Positions 40,320-55,003 of a stretch of 64,000 nucleotides of DNA are shown here, piece by piece. This DNA is from Tubiluchus corallicola (taxonomy: Eukaryota; Animalia; Priapulida). Under the pieces are notes generated by a model. That model saw only the letters and a list, made by a program, of their open reading frames with translations, was not told the DNA's origin and did no database searches. Location: contig JAQGDQ010000036.1 of the NCBI GenBank assembly GCA_030141605.1, positions 806,001 to 870,000 of the forward strand, given 5' to 3'. The first letter of the stretch is position 1; each line of letters starts with the position of its first letter. The translations under genes and the position numbers were made by a program.

Positions 40320-40758
40320 CACATTTTTTATAATAACATGTATTGACTCAGTATTGAGCTATTTAAGCATTTGGTTTTGGCCAAGATGGTTTACCGTATA
40401 AGAGCTATAGAGGAATTATATATAGCACTGTATTATATATCGTACTGAATTATATATCGTATTATATTGTATATATACATCATTATACAATATTGCTCAG
40501 GGAATTCCTCTATAGCTCTTATACGGTAAACCATTTTGGCCAAAACCAAATGCTTAAATAGCTCAATACCGAGTCAATACATGTTATTATAAAAAATGTG
40601 ACATTCTTAGTGACGCGCATAATTCTATCTATCTATATATTTTATATAACGTCACGTTTTTTATAATAACATGTATTGACTCGGTATTGAGCTATTTAAG
40701 CATTTGGTTTTGGCCAAAATGGTTTACCGTATAAGAGCTATAGAGGAATTCCCTGAGC
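40320..40758. repeat. Three near-identical about 100-bp arms in alternating orientation; the last two form a palindromic MITE-like unit (40495-40758)
   Basis: Arm 1 40320-40417 (+), arm 2 40495-40602 (-), arm 3 40651-40758 (+). Outer termini of arms 2 and 3 are GCTCAGGGAATTCC ... GGAATTCCCTGAGC. Confidence 0.9.
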
Positions 40759-43689
40759 CTCGTTTTCATTCAGGGTCAGCTCATCTTTTGACGTCATCAT
40801 GGCGTTTACAAGGCAAGGCAAAGCATTGAAGGCTTGTTAAACCACGGTTAAGACTTAGTTTTGAGAGGAAATTATTGTGAAGCAGTTTAATATTATGGCA
40901 TGTTTTTTTTGCTTTGGTTGAAACAACCTGAATGATTTTAAAACGAGCTCTTTGGTTCATAAGGTTAGTTAATTAGTGTTTCAGTGTAGCGGTTAAAGCA
41001 GTTTCCTATCAATCAGTATCATTAATGCATGCAGTAGATTAGATTTTTGTTTTGCACATAAGAATGTTGTTGACAAGAGAAGAGCACAAGGAACACACCA
41101 CCTGGTTTCATCATTAATCTAAGAGCAGCTGACTAGAATTTTTTGCTGCTCTTTCTATTCTCAGCAAGAGTGTATCCTATTCTGTTCTTCGCAAAATGTT
41201 TTCAAATGTAATTTGTATTAATAACTGTGTGTGTGTGTGTGATAAGGTAAAATAAAGCTTATGTTATGTTATGTTTTGGCTGTTAGTTGTGATCTCTTAA
41301 TATGCTATATTTGTGTCGTTTAAATAATGTACATGCAGTGTTTTGTTAATCGTAAAACTCTGCTTAATTGTTGTAAGTGCATCTTTTTAGTGCATCATTA
41401 GATTAAATATACTGTAATCGAATTAATATAAATTATTTTTAAATGCATTAACAATACCTGATCCAAAGAAATAAGGCCCGAGATGGTAACTATGTGTAAA
41501 TGGTCCTCTCTCGGATGCCTTTTGGTACAGTCGATTGATTAAGAACTGATGGTTGAAAACGATTCCATGGCTGAACTACATGATGCCCAAAGAAGTGAGA
41601 TTTGATGTTGGTTCTAGCTGGTTGCACAGATAATTTGCAACAATAGTTAAAAATGATAACAAGGATAGCGAGCCAGCCAAGCAGTTGTCTAATCTGCTAT
41701 CCTTATAATTATAGGAAAAAATATAAAGTAGAGTTAAACAGTCCTAATAAGCCAACTAGTGTAAATTTTGCCTTCAGATGTGAAATTAGTTGACTGTAAT
41801 TTTTTTAAATTAGCTGAAACAATTATTTGTGTGATCTGACGCATATGTAATAATAATAATAATACCTCACCTAAGGTAAGGTAGGTAATCTATGTTGAAA
41901 TACATGCAATGTAAGCTATTACAAATAATTGCTTACAATTTTTATTCAACACAGGTTTTCAGTGAGTAGATGGATGTCCCTTACTTATGCAATTTCATTA
42001 GACAGTTTTCCAGTGCTTGTCTTTTTCACATATCTGCGGAGCTATAAAAAGCTCCCCTGAAATTTTCATGTGGAGCTGCATTTTAGGGTACACACTTTAA
42101 AAATTTTCCTTTCTTGTTTTTATGTAGATTAAATAACTGAATCACTGGATCACCAAATACGCGGTATATTAAAAATATTGGGTCTAGTATTTCTGTAGAT
42201 TTTAGTTCCTTAATTGCTGGGAGGTGATCCTAATAATGTAATGATACATGCTAAAACAGTAGGCCCTAAAGTGGTAAAAATAAATTTCTAAAGAATTTTT
42301 TCCATAAATTTATTTAATTAAATTATTTGAATAGTATCACCACTTTACCAATGCCTAGTTTAATTAGTGAAAGTATTTGCATAGTTTTAATGCAGATACA
42401 TGTACAGCAGTTTACTTTATAATTCAACAAGAAATTATTAGAGTAGCTCTGTTACCTGTATAAGCACTTAGTAGTTATGCATGCATAATTATTTTCATCT
42501 GTGGGGAAATGACCAGCACAACTGAAACAGTATCATGGGATCAGTATGTGAGTAGGAAGGCAATTGGCTTAGAATGCTTCAAATTGTCAACTACTAGCCT
42601 GGTTCTGGTACCATTAGAGACTGGAAAATGCCCCAAAGAAAAGTTGATAATTTGAAAGAAAAATTACATTTTCGCTTTCAAGTTATTTTATTATTTTACA
42701 AAGTTTTTAGTTTAGTTAGGGGTTTTACACACTTGCTTTCCAAAGAGCGAAGCTGTAAAGGGAAGTCTAATTATCCTTTTATCCTTTGTTGCAAATTCAA
42801 TACAAAATTTACTAACTATGACTAAAACTGTCTGGACTAACGTGAACTTTGAAGCATCGTTTATAAATGACTGCAAACACTTGAATATTTGACCAGTTAT
42901 TTAATCAGGCTTACATAGAATTTACACTGACCTGTGTGAATAGGTATTCGGGCACTTTGCAGTCAGCAGCTGCAGTCAGGAAAGATTTGAAAATATTCAG
43001 CCAGTCGCACAGATTTGTTGTTCCTAGTTATTGTACCAATCTTTGGCAATTGTGCCGACATGCAAACTTGCAAAATTGAATGGCACCATATTTTAAATGC
43101 TTGTTCTTTAAGTATACATTGTCTATACATTGTCCATAGGTTTTGTCCTTGCAAACAATGTATGTTAGTATCATCATTTCATTATAATAAACATTATTTT
43201 TGCCTGTTTTGTATCATTTGTTGATTATACTTCATTACTTCTGTTTTGTAGATTATACAAGTTACACAGTTAACTACACTAAATCTGACAATGTCGATCA
43301 ACGAATATGTCAAATATGAGTCAGCAAATTCGTGCAGAAGTATAAAGAATGTCTGGACATAGTCACTGGCCTGCAGTAAATGACGAAGCTTCAGGTATTT
43401 TAGTAGTCACCAAAATGTTATGGTCAATACTATTATATTATCCAAGGCTAAGATGTTCAAGCTGGAGCATTTGAAATTTTTTATTGGGTGTTCTTCTGAA
43501 GACCGATTAAATTTTGTGCTATTATCAGCCTAAATTGTGAGAGCAAATATAGTCATAGAATTACACTGCTTATAATTATAGAGCTGCTCTTTTTATCTTT
43601 TCTCCCAAAATTTTTCTCTATTTCTTGCCAACATATAGTTGATGTCTGTCTTTTTGCATACTGTGTGTAGTCAGTATTTATTTTATTTT

Positions 43690-44326
43690 TATGGAAGGTA
43701 CAGAAGTACTGGATCCAGATCCCGATATCCGGTAATTTTTATGGAACCGGATCTGGCAAAAATGTTCGCATTGTTTGTATTTCTATTTTTCTATGTGCAA
43801 AACTACCAATTGCATACCAATTGTGAAAGAAAATTGGAGCGGGAAAGAAAAAATATACATAACAGTTTAATTACTGAATACATTTAACTTTTTAAAGAAT
43901 TTGAAGGATTTCTATTAAAATCTTCAGAAATTTACGAAAATATTGCTTAGTTTTCATGCCGCCATGCTTGCAGCGTATCCCTGCCAGCAATCTTCACGCT
44001 GTGGTTCCTTAGCTTCTTTTGAAGTGAATAGTGCAAAAGATACCACTATTGCTGTAAAAATGTTGGCTAAAAGTCTAGAGCCATTTACTTCAAGTAAAGG
44101 CATAGTTTCACAGTTTTTTAGTTCATACCAAGTGCGGATCAAGTGTTGAAAATTATAGTAGATCAATGTTTGCAGTGTTTCCACTTAAAATTACTCAGTG
44201 ACCCTGAAAATTGACAAGCGATTCAGCCATATGAACAAAAGGCTAAACAAATGAAATATGATTTACATTAATTTGTAGATCCGGATCCGACCTGGAACTA
44301 GCAAAAGTGGATTCAGTTGCATCCCT
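43690..44326. mobile_element. Degenerate hAT-like non-autonomous element
   Basis: GGATCC/CCGGAT-rich subterminal blocks at 43711-43757 and 44278-44316, and a right end TTGCATCCCT resembling TAGGGATG-type hAT termini. The internal peptide NSAKDTTIAVKMLAKSLEPF weakly resembles the hAT ITxxIAxMIAxDLQPF motif. The left end is unclear. Confidence 0.45.
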
Positions 44327-45637
44327 TCTCAAAGCAAATATAATAGTGTTTTTCTGGAAGTAAAATGTTACTGTTATTGTTAAGGTGTTTCTGAATACAA
44401 AAGTAGATACGTAAGTAGATAATTGCATTAAAGAGACATCAGAATGCATTGGTGCTGCTTTACTGTGATTATGAAAAAACATTCAGTTTGTCTAGAATTT
44501 TTTGTTGAGCACTAATTATTACTTAGTGAAACTGTTTGCTATATAGGTGCAGTGGAATTGGGAATGTTTTACCTGTATGGTCTGCGTATTTTGCTTTTGA
44601 AAGCTTATAAGCTGTATTGATGATGGTATTTTAAAATGAACAATCCCAAACTTATGATATCTAATGTTAAAATTATAGAATGTCTGTCATTGCTGCAAAA
44701 TGTTTAAGAGCGCTTTTCATTTTAAATAGTGGAAAGAATTGTGTGCAGTTTTTGTATCCTCTTGAATTAATTCATACTGTGCTGCTAGCTTAGCAGTTGC
44801 CAAATAATTATGACCTACTATCCTGCCTCAGACTGCTTATAATTTTTTTACAAACTAGCAAAAAATAAGTATGTACCTGATAATCTTTCAGCAATGCCTG
44901 ATTTTCTTTTTAATCATGGACATTGCCCTATAACATTTTGGTTATCATTAATGTTGTGCGTTGAGTTCACTTGCTGTGTAGGTTTTTAAACTATGACTTG
45001 CAAATTGAATTTTCACTTTTTCTACTCTCCCCTTCTACTTTTCCAAGCATTTCATTGTTAAGAACTATTTAGCACTGAAATGTTGCTGCTGGATATACTA
45101 TTTGTTGGTATGTTATGCTGTGCTCAACAAGTACTCCGCTGTACAACGTAAATGGACCTCAGGTGAATAATAATTAGCGCCTGATATGTGGCGTACTTGA
45201 CCTTTTTCTAATGGAATTATTATGAATGTGAAGCCTTGTGAAGAAATGTGGACCACTGCATAAGTTACGCCATTCGGCAAAGTCTTGTCTGTACGGGAGA
45301 GTGGGAGACCCTGTGGTTCCGGGAAGTGTATAGAAAGCAAATACTGTGTACTTGGACCCAGTTTTGATTTGTGCTCATTCATTCCTCATTTTACAAAGGC
45401 AGTTTGATTCTTTTGATCCATAACTTTCAGAGAGTACTCTGCCATACTTATGTCTGAGTTGTTTCCCAAATCTGCTGGCTGCTGCTGCTTCTTATCATGT
45501 CACTTGCTAAAAGAAAGTGTCCCGTAGAGATAATAGTAACTCTGTAGGTGAGCCAGTTGGAAAATTTTGCATTATGCCCAACTAATCCACGGCCAGAGAA
45601 GCGGTCAATCATACTTGCTTATCGGTATATGACAGGG

Positions 45638-45870
45638 TCACGATGACACTACGACCTTGACATTGAGCTGTGAGGTCAACAATCATTAAGTTATTTTATT
45701 AGATGCGGAGCATTTCCAAGGAACGAGTCAAACTTGGCACATGGTTAGGCTTAGTGGAGGCCTGGGTCACTATGAGAGACTTGATGTTGACTTTAATCTT
45801 GAAGATTGGAATGGCCTTCCATTATTTGCAGGCCGTTTTGTCTTTAGACATTCTGAAATATATTTGTAGG
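45638..45870. mobile_element. Possible Helentron-associated (HINE-like) repeat fragment
   Basis: Motifs GACCTTGAC...GAGGTCAA and AAACTTGGCACA, which I recall from invertebrate Helentron-associated interspersed repeats. Termini were not identified. Confidence 0.35.
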
Positions 45871-48800
45871 ACACTAATCTGCGCATGCGTAATATTAACT
45901 CAGAAAAAGTTACTATTATTCCAATATTAATCTTACTTTTACAGTCCTTGCGTTTATATTTTAACTTTTGTTTCAGTATACTAATGTGTAAATTTATAAT
46001 TGTAAGATTGCGTCGCTTCTGTTGCATTTATTTAACAATTACAAAGCTTTTGCGTACAGTGTACAGCCTTTGAATTGAAAAACAAAAACGAAGCGGTATA
46101 TAAAAAATACATGTATTGCTAAATTGATACCGTTACTAAAACATTTGGTGATAAATTGTAAGAACTTTTATCTAGATGTTAGAACAACACGACTTGTTTT
46201 TCAAAAATCGTGTAATCGCTAGTGTCTAGACTTGTAATTGATACTGAAATGGATATCTGTGAAAACTTTAAAGGGTTTTATATAAATGGGTCTTAGGATT
46301 TTGTTTCGTGGTGGATTATAATTGATTGCATGTCTGGAAACAGCAGACAGAGCCTGGACAGGAAAAGAGATTAGTTTTGGTAAAAATAAGTGCTTTTAGC
46401 AACCAAGAAAAATAGTCTTTTCCTTCTATAATGTGAAGTTTTATGTTTTTTATTTGCAGTTTCACACTCATGCCAAGAATAAAAGGAAGTTCATTCTTTT
46501 AATAAACTTGAAAGAACATTAATGTTCTTTCAACAACTTTAATGTAATATTTTCTTGAGTCATGCAGGTATTCTTGACATTGTCTTTGATCAGTAAGAAA
46601 TTAGGGAAAGATTGTGCTGTGCCGCGCTTTAGTTGTGATTTCAAGCTGCTTAATGTGGTACGAAAGTTATAGGATTAATTAGTAGCTGCTGCCATGCACA
46701 AACTATGTGCAAAATGATAAAAACGGTGAATTTACGAATAAACGGCAAGAACGACGCAGAATTAAGTGCTTTAATTTAAAAAAAGTGTAATTAATACTAA
46801 TTATGAACACTCATGGACCTCAATAGACCTATGGAGATCCACGGAATGCCATTCAAATAAGCGTAGAGTTTTTAGTAGGCTTTAAAAAAATGACATTCCT
46901 TCACATCATGTGTATTAAATACACAGCTTTGACAAATTATGATGATACATGTACCCGTGGTATGTCAGTTTACATGTTTACGTGTCTTCTATAATGGACT
47001 ATATAATCAAACGACATCACAGTACAAATGAACTGTACATATTAAATTTAATATCTGTTTGACTAATTAGAAGATTTGTCACAAAACTCGTTGATAAGAA
47101 TTGCTTTGATGTGGCCAGACATACAGTGAATTTCTGCATCCACTTTTGTGTTAACTGCAAGCAGGGAAGCCCTTGTGTAGAGCAAAATCAATACATGTAT
47201 GTTCTCCAGCTCAGCTTCATGACGGTGAAGCAAACCTACATATTTACCTCGTAACTCATGCAACTGCAGAGATTATTCTTTTGTGTAACTATTTTCTACC
47301 CAACTAATAGTCGGGTAGTTTGCGTGGTGGAGGGTGGTTTCACAAGCAAATCTCTCAACCGCCATACAGTAACTACTTTCTGTCGATAAATTACCATGTA
47401 ATAATGTAAATTACAAGTTACGAATTACAAGTCAGTTTGTGCTGGTTTTATAAAATTGACGTTTACAAAAAAAACCTGATAATAACGTGGAATTCGTAAT
47501 TTTGTTAATATTTATGTTAATGCCTATCAAACCTTCAAAAAATCGTTAACGTTTAAGTGAGAATCTTTTAGCTAAATGATTTTAAGCGTGATACAAATGA
47601 ATTACCAGCTAACTAAAATAGTAATATGATCTATTTTGGTATGTCAGTACTTAAGAAATAATCAAATTAAATACAGGAAACAGCATTAAATGCAGTTCAA
47701 GCATTTGAGTTTATGATTTACGATTATTGTGAACAACTTACTTTTAGTGCAAACTGAATCCTAAACAGGCATGCGTCAGTTAAACTCCGTCTATTCAACT
47801 GTCAATGAAAAAATTGTCAAATAATTTTGCTGACAATTTACCATTTTCACTATGTCGATTACTGAAGCCAGAGGAGACTGGGCACTGCTGCATTAATTCT
47901 TAAGTATGATTAAAAGACGTGCCAACTAATAGTGTATGAACAAGTTTTGTTCCCTAAAAATATAAATTCTCAAAATAAAAAGTTTGACAGCATCGGGGTC
48001 GTCACTCAAACTTTTTTGAAGTCCCGAACCCTATTCCCGAACATTCAGACCCGTTTTGAATACTGTTCGCAAACTTCTCATTTCGTCTCGACCCTGATCC
48101 CAACCCGGAATTTTAAAAGTTTATACTATTTGGAAAACGTTTTTTAGCTTTTTGCGGCACGTGCAGAATGCATTCGGCCCTCTGTGAGTGTGACGTTTCT
48201 GGTTTTCGATAATATTGATACAATTTATGATAAATATTTTTTACAATTGTCTCACATTACTACTTCTAGTATCTTTCCTGTCTAAATATCGCCCAAGCAA
48301 ATAATGCTTTTTAGTCAGTATGCCAGGTGTATAATTATTATTCCTTAATTTCATAGCAACAAATTGCTATTATATTTACTTATCGTTGTGAAGTGGTGTG
48401 CAGGGCTTACAGACAGCAAACAAATGTTTTATCATTGGCAGAATCACATTCACAGAATCATTCGCTGACTTTTTCTTCCTTTTAGGCACCTATAATTAAA
48501 CCTGCTGAATTAAATACCGGATTAACAAAACACGTATAAATAATTTATATAATCTTAATTACAAGATGTTGAAACTACTAATTAGTGAATAAACTTACAA
48601 TTACTGAATATGTAAAGCCATGTTGTTTGAAAGGAAATATGAAAAATGGATCCGATCATAGTTTGAAAGTACGGGTGGTGTGAATCGCGTCGCGTTTCTC
48701 AGTATTTACCGGAGGGGCCTAAAATTGTGGAATTTTGCTGTGATTTTCTTATCTCCATTTACTGATAATTATTTTTATGATTAGTCAAAAGCAGAAATTT

Positions 48801-51288
48801 AGAAAATTCAAAAGGCAATGCATGATAATGTTTCACGTGTCCTTCTTTCTGTATCTTCGAGAGGAAATTTTAGACATTCTCGTTGACTGTCAAAGATTGT
48901 TTCTGAAAAGTTAATTTAGTTTCGTGACATTTGGTTATCGGTAGGCCTATAATAATAATAATATTAATATTAACAATAAGTTATTATAATTTATCTGCGT
49001 CAAACAAGATGAACAAACGTATTTGTTTAAGCAAAACCATCACGACAATTAATAAAGATACAGTGCTAACTTGCTGACAAGTAAAATAGGTTTGTATACC
49101 ACAGAAAGAACGTGTACGTAACGTATAGGATATTTCATGAAATGTGTTGTCATTCAAAGCCCGAACTCGCTCACTGGTGAAGGCATACTGACCGAGGTGC
49201 TCTTTGCATATTTGATCTGGGCGTTTCAGAGTTCAAATCCAAAAACAAGATGTAATTATTACAAAATGTTTTTGATCTGGCTGACGGCTATAACTCGCCT
49301 TCGACAGCCATGAAAAGTCGGGCTAACCCAAAAGGTATCTGTTTTTTAGTTTTTGTATAACTCGTCAGAAGCAGATACTTTCCTAATTGTACTACGATCA
49401 AAATTCGGGCAGCATGTGTTATCAAGATAAAGGATGATACCGAGAAATTTGGAAGAAACGAGTCACGGACTGATACCGTGACTACATTATCGAACATGTC
49501 TTCTGCACTTGCTGCAGCTTCGTTATTAAATTTCTTAGCTTGGTCTTGCCGAAAGAAATTGCCAACGAAATTTCCTAGTTATCAGTCGGCTGTAAAGATT
49601 TCATAGTTTATGTTCGTTGTTTTGCGTGATCCGACTTAAAATAAAGTATGCTTTACTTTACCAAGCCTAATGTTTTTGTTAAATACACAAAATATTGCGT
49701 AAAATCGAGCCAGCGAATCCTGTAGACAGGAGACACCATGCATACCAATGTTACTTCTTCCAAAGGTCAAATACCAGAATGAATAAATATTTACTTATTC
49801 ACTTTTTTATTCAATTAATTTCCTATTACTGACGTTCGTTTCCGTGAATTTTTGCATGCAATTGTTCTAACAGCTTTTACAGCAGACTTGTTACAGCCAG
49901 GGTCAGTTTAAATTAGCCATGGGCATGGGTTATTATTAAGGAGGGGGTATCATGTATGATTTTCATTTTGGAATACAATGAATCACATAGGTGTTTGGAG
50001 CAAGTTTTCTAGCCTGTATCCAAATCTAGAGCTACCACTTCTGACCATAGTCAAAGCTAGTGATTTAATTCAGGACTGCGCGTGACACGGCCACTATTTC
50101 CAGTAGTAGAGCTTTTCCGCCTGTTTCCGCTAGAATGTTTCAATCCCATTTTCAACTCTCAGATTTCTGCCAGGAACGCTTCAGTCCAATCCTGACGGAG
50201 TAAAATAGAAAAGTAACCCCTCCTTAGACGGGCGGGGCGGGTAAAAGTAAAAAAAAGATACTGTAGTGAATGCAACTAAAAACACACAGAACACTTGTAA
50301 ATTCTTGTGGTAGGCAACTGTAAACTACATGATGTGGAGTAAGGGGATTCCTCTTGCTACTGTGCTGGCATTTTCAACAACTGTTGATGCATTGCCATAA
50401 AATCATTCTATTGACTAGCTGCAGCAGCAGACATTGATCACTGGTCGTCTTGAACGTCATGCGATCGTCTCTGTGGGCAACTCGCGCGGTTGCATGCTGC
50501 AGCCTTGCAGCTATATTTAGCGTCATCAAAGAGTTGCCAGTTTTTTCTTATTAGAAAAATAAAATACGGGTCGAGTTCTGCAGAACTTCGAGGTCATTTT
50601 TACTAGCGTAGTAATTTTTTAAAGATTAGCCAGCTTATAATAATTAAATCAATCTATTTAGTTCTATTTAATTTTGATTAATAAATTTTAATGTCATCGT
50701 TGCCTGAAAGAGTAATCTAATTTTGCATTTTGCCAAATGATTGCAATTTTTCATTGAAACCTGTTAACTGGATTACACAATAATTGTCCCACATAGTTTA
50801 AATTTTGAATCTCACGACTCATTATCGCTTTTATACAGTTGAGAAAGGTTAAACAGTTCTTACTAATTTCACGTTTCAGAATTTAGGCAACTGATTTTAT
50901 ACCAGTAGAACTGCTAACACATCTCTGTCTACATATTTTATCTAATTTTCGTCGTCCTCTGCATTTTTTCAAACGAAATTACATTTCATTTTACAAGCAG
51001 GAGTTGTTAGAACTGCTTATAATGAGTTACATTATTATGGCCTTTCTGGTGCCATGTATTCTCCTAACATCTTCCCGCAGCAGACTTGCTTAGCCTCCCG
51101 AGTAATAAAATGTCAAGATTTTCCCAGAAATCATAAACTGGCGATGTGTGATAACAATAAAAATTTATTTTTGCAGCTCGGTTTTGCAAGACTTCGATAT
51201 TTATTATTAAGAAAAGAAAGTTTAGTGTCGAGGGTTTTTTCTTAAAATTAGGGATAGGGATTCACACGAAAATTCACGCTTGCATACA

Positions 51289-51330
<42 letters not shown>
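51289..51330. repeat. (CA)n microsatellite
   Basis: Pure CA run read directly. Confidence 0.95.
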
Positions 51331-51333
<3 letters not shown>

Positions 51334-54300
51334 TTAGATTTTCCCTTTAACCATTCAATGTTTATCACGTCCCAGCGTAGGAATTTCGCCCGTAAAACTG
51401 TTTACATCTTCAACATGGCGCTGAAATATTTGCAGCCGGGCAATATCTAGACCTCGCTCACACACATCCTGTTCCTTGTGTGACCCTGATGCGGAATGCG
51501 TGCACTCCATTTTAGCCTTCTTGGTAATCAACCCCAGAAACAAGCTGAAAATTCCCCTGCAGTTTGAAGGTAACAGGGCGAATGAAGCAGGATCTAGGTC
51601 TCGCGTAGGCTGAACGGCTGCATGGAAGTGACTGAGGGTTTGCTTGGTGCACTGTGTACAGTGCATGCCAGAACGCAACGCAATAAAAATAGATTAATGT
51701 TAAAATAAATCACCGGATATAAATAAAATTTCGGGAATTCGCTTATTCAGAACTTTGCTGACTGATGCTAAGAGGAAACAGATCTTGGATAAAATTGCGT
51801 TGCGTTCAGTTAGCATTAGATTCACTGCAAGTTAAATGCCGTTTTTAACATATAGTTCAGAGAACGTTTGCTTTATGTAATTGCTATACAACGTGTTTAG
51901 TGACTCAATATACAATATGATGGTAAATTTATACAATTTTATTTTCAAGAACGCCTCAGCGTCAGACTTCCTTCTTTATTCTCTTTGCCACTGAAAAGTG
52001 AAAAAGTTCAAGGTTATTGATTCAGCGTGTGCGAGGTTCAATCCGCCTGAAAATTCCTGATTGAATTAAGCGGTTGGTGTGACTTAGCGCTTTCATTTAA
52101 CAGCGTTAATATATATATACATATTAAAAAGGCGCCTGGAATTTAGATGTAGAGGAAAACTACAACACTGTCTTGTAAAACTGGCGTGATTTTTTTGTGG
52201 GATACCCACTAATTATAAATTCGTGAAGTGAATATTTTCGCAAGTGTGAGTCTTGTTTGTTATTCAATAGGATTGGCAAGTGGTAACTTAGTTTTGACTA
52301 AGCAATGGATATACTATAGTATTCGCCTATTTTGTCGTTCGTTTGACCTATAAGTTTTTTTGCTATAACCTTTGTTTAGATGACTTTATACGTGTACGTA
52401 AATATATGAAATTGTGTTCCCATACCTTTGAGAGGCTTTGGAAAATGTTATGAGATATTACTTCTTGTACCACCTGGTGTGTTGTATTTTGCATCTGCCA
52501 CTAGGAGTCTGGGACAGGTGCAAATGTACAGTGTGCTGCAAGTATGTGATGAGTATCCACGTGTTAAACTTAGAAATGTTTTAGGCGCTGCAACAGGCTT
52601 ACACCTCTATTATGTAATCAATGTATACCTCTATTAAATTTGCATCTTGTGTAATTGTAATTCTGGGACTGACGTTAACTGAATATTTTTTACTATTAAG
52701 TTTGATTTTTGTTATTCTTCTAAATAGTTAATTTTCGTAGTTGTGATTATCCACAGCTGGTGTCACCAGGTTTAATGTGTGTCCTAGCTCAGGGGCACAC
52801 GCAACTACCAGGAATATTGATTGTACATTTCTGAATAGTTTGAAGGTGAACTGCAGGGCTAAGGGCACAATGTGTTTTGTTTGTCTAGGTACATTTTCAA
52901 AGTGGCAGCGTTTAGCTGATTTATAAAACGTAAAGGTTTTATTTGAATTATACCTATTCGCTGGTTTGATGACTGTAGTGCGAAGTGCGCTCATGAGTAA
53001 TTTATTGGTAGAATTAAACATATTGAATGCTTTTAGGTACGTTGTTAGTGCTGCAGTTAGATTATTATTCTTCCTGTGCACATGAAAATGTTATCGATTT
53101 TTGTCATTGCTTATCAAAATTGTGTGTGGTAGACTTTCTGCTGCTTTTTCAGAATTCTTAACGTACTATAATAATTGTTTAAATTGTCATGATATACATT
53201 TGGTACAGCATTTATGGTATATTAAAAAACGACGGTTTTGTTGGAATTAACAGTTTTTTGTTAAGTTTTAGACTAGGTTGCTGTCATGTATACTACTCTA
53301 CAATTTAAGGCAGAAAATTGAGGAAAATGTCGCAGACGTTATGTACATTATGTATTTGTGCCCACTAGTGTACACAAAGAAAATCAACTACTCAACTTAA
53401 CAGGTTTGCTTGGCTAATGTATTTTCTAGCCACAGTTCAATTAGCAGACAGAGGAAATTTTGAACTGGTATTAGCCATGATAATTTTCTCAACTACACGT
53501 AGGAGGTATTATAACTACAAAAATTTGCTAATCGCCAGTGATGGACAAAACCGGTTAGTTGTGAAATAATAATACACTGCTTACACAGTTATAGACGTTA
53601 CCCTTTGCTGATTAATATTTGAACCAGTATGCTGTATGATTTTGATGTTTTTAGCCCCTAAAAATGTCAAAACCATACAAAATTTAGCCGCTAAAAAGCA
53701 ACTCGTATTGGCTTGTTACTGCCTGCTGCTGCTGTTATGGAATATTGTCAGCTCAAAATTTTGAGATTGAAATTGAACGTTTCCTGCAATGAGTTACTGA
53801 TAAAGACTAAGTGAAAGTAGCTGTTTAGAAATTATATACATTGTACGCGACTTGTAAATTGTTAAGGGTAGGACAAATTTTTCAGCCTTGGTAGGCACTC
53901 CACCTAATGATGGTGCCACAAAAATATTAGTAGTGGTGTAACCTAAAATTCACTTTAGTACGGACAGAGCAGTCTAATTCAGTTAAGAATTATTATGCCT
54001 TGTCCCATCATCTCATCTAGAAACCAGTATTCTAGATTTCGAAAGCTGAGCTAGGGCTGGTCGCTAATGTGGTGTTCTGCTTAACTGTTAGTTTTTTGCG
54101 TCAGTCCTCTCATTTTATGCGTCCTAGCCTTTGTTGCTTGAAAGGTACTGGATACAAAAATGCTTCTGCCAGGTCGCATTACGTCCCTGAGCGGCCAATC
54201 ATTTGTAGATTGGGAGTGACTACGTAATAAACTGTGTTAAGAAGTCAATTTGGTAATTCTCAAATGACTTCCTTTATCTTCTTGTCAATTTGAAAAGGTT

Positions 54301-54942
54301 TTCTAGATAGAAGTAACCAGTCTACTTAATATTATTGCCTACCTATGATAGAAAGTCACCATAAAAATTGTTGAATTAAACCTGTTCAACAAAAATGACT
54401 GCTGCAGAAACATGTCAACATTATCTTCCAGGATGTCAGATGCTTTACATGAAGTTTTATTGATACTGAAAATTTTCATTTGCGGTGATACGCTGACGTG
54501 TTGACACTGATTAAAAAGCACCAGGAACCAAGATTCTTCTTCCATCATTTTGATTGCTCCTTTTTTACTTGGGAGATGATCCTTAAAAATTGCTACAAAA
54601 GTTCCTGTATTTTCGTTTCATTTTTCTGCGCACGTGACTGATCTATTTATCATATGTTGGTCTCCATCTACACTGTTTTGCACAGTAATAGATGATGCAT
54701 CTAATATTCCATACTTATCGTAAAGACTGGCTTGTAAGCTTTTGTGTAAATGACCTATTAATGTTACTGTCTACAACTACAGCAGGTAGGTAGAAGTTTT
54801 GTTCAAATTTTCAAATATCACACTGAATCGTTTTATTGATGGAAGCTATTTTCTGGTCCTCTTTCCAAACAGACTTTTGATCGTTTGTTGCTTAGGTTCA
54901 GGTCACTTGTATGTTATCCAACACAGCTCAAATAAGTCTTTC

Positions 54943-54946
<4 letters not shown>

Positions 54947-54995
<49 letters not shown>
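54947..54995. repeat. (TA)n microsatellite
   Basis: Pure TA run read directly. Confidence 0.95.

Positions 54996-55003
<8 letters not shown>

Noticed and set aside
41661-41704. Hairpin AAGGATAGC...GCTATCCTT as a miRNA precursor
   Set aside because: Only about 44 nt with several mismatches, and no recognisable miRNA sequence.
49159-49240. tRNA or SINE-like segment ending in GTTCAAATCC
   Set aside because: The A-box is poor and no stems form; too weak to call.
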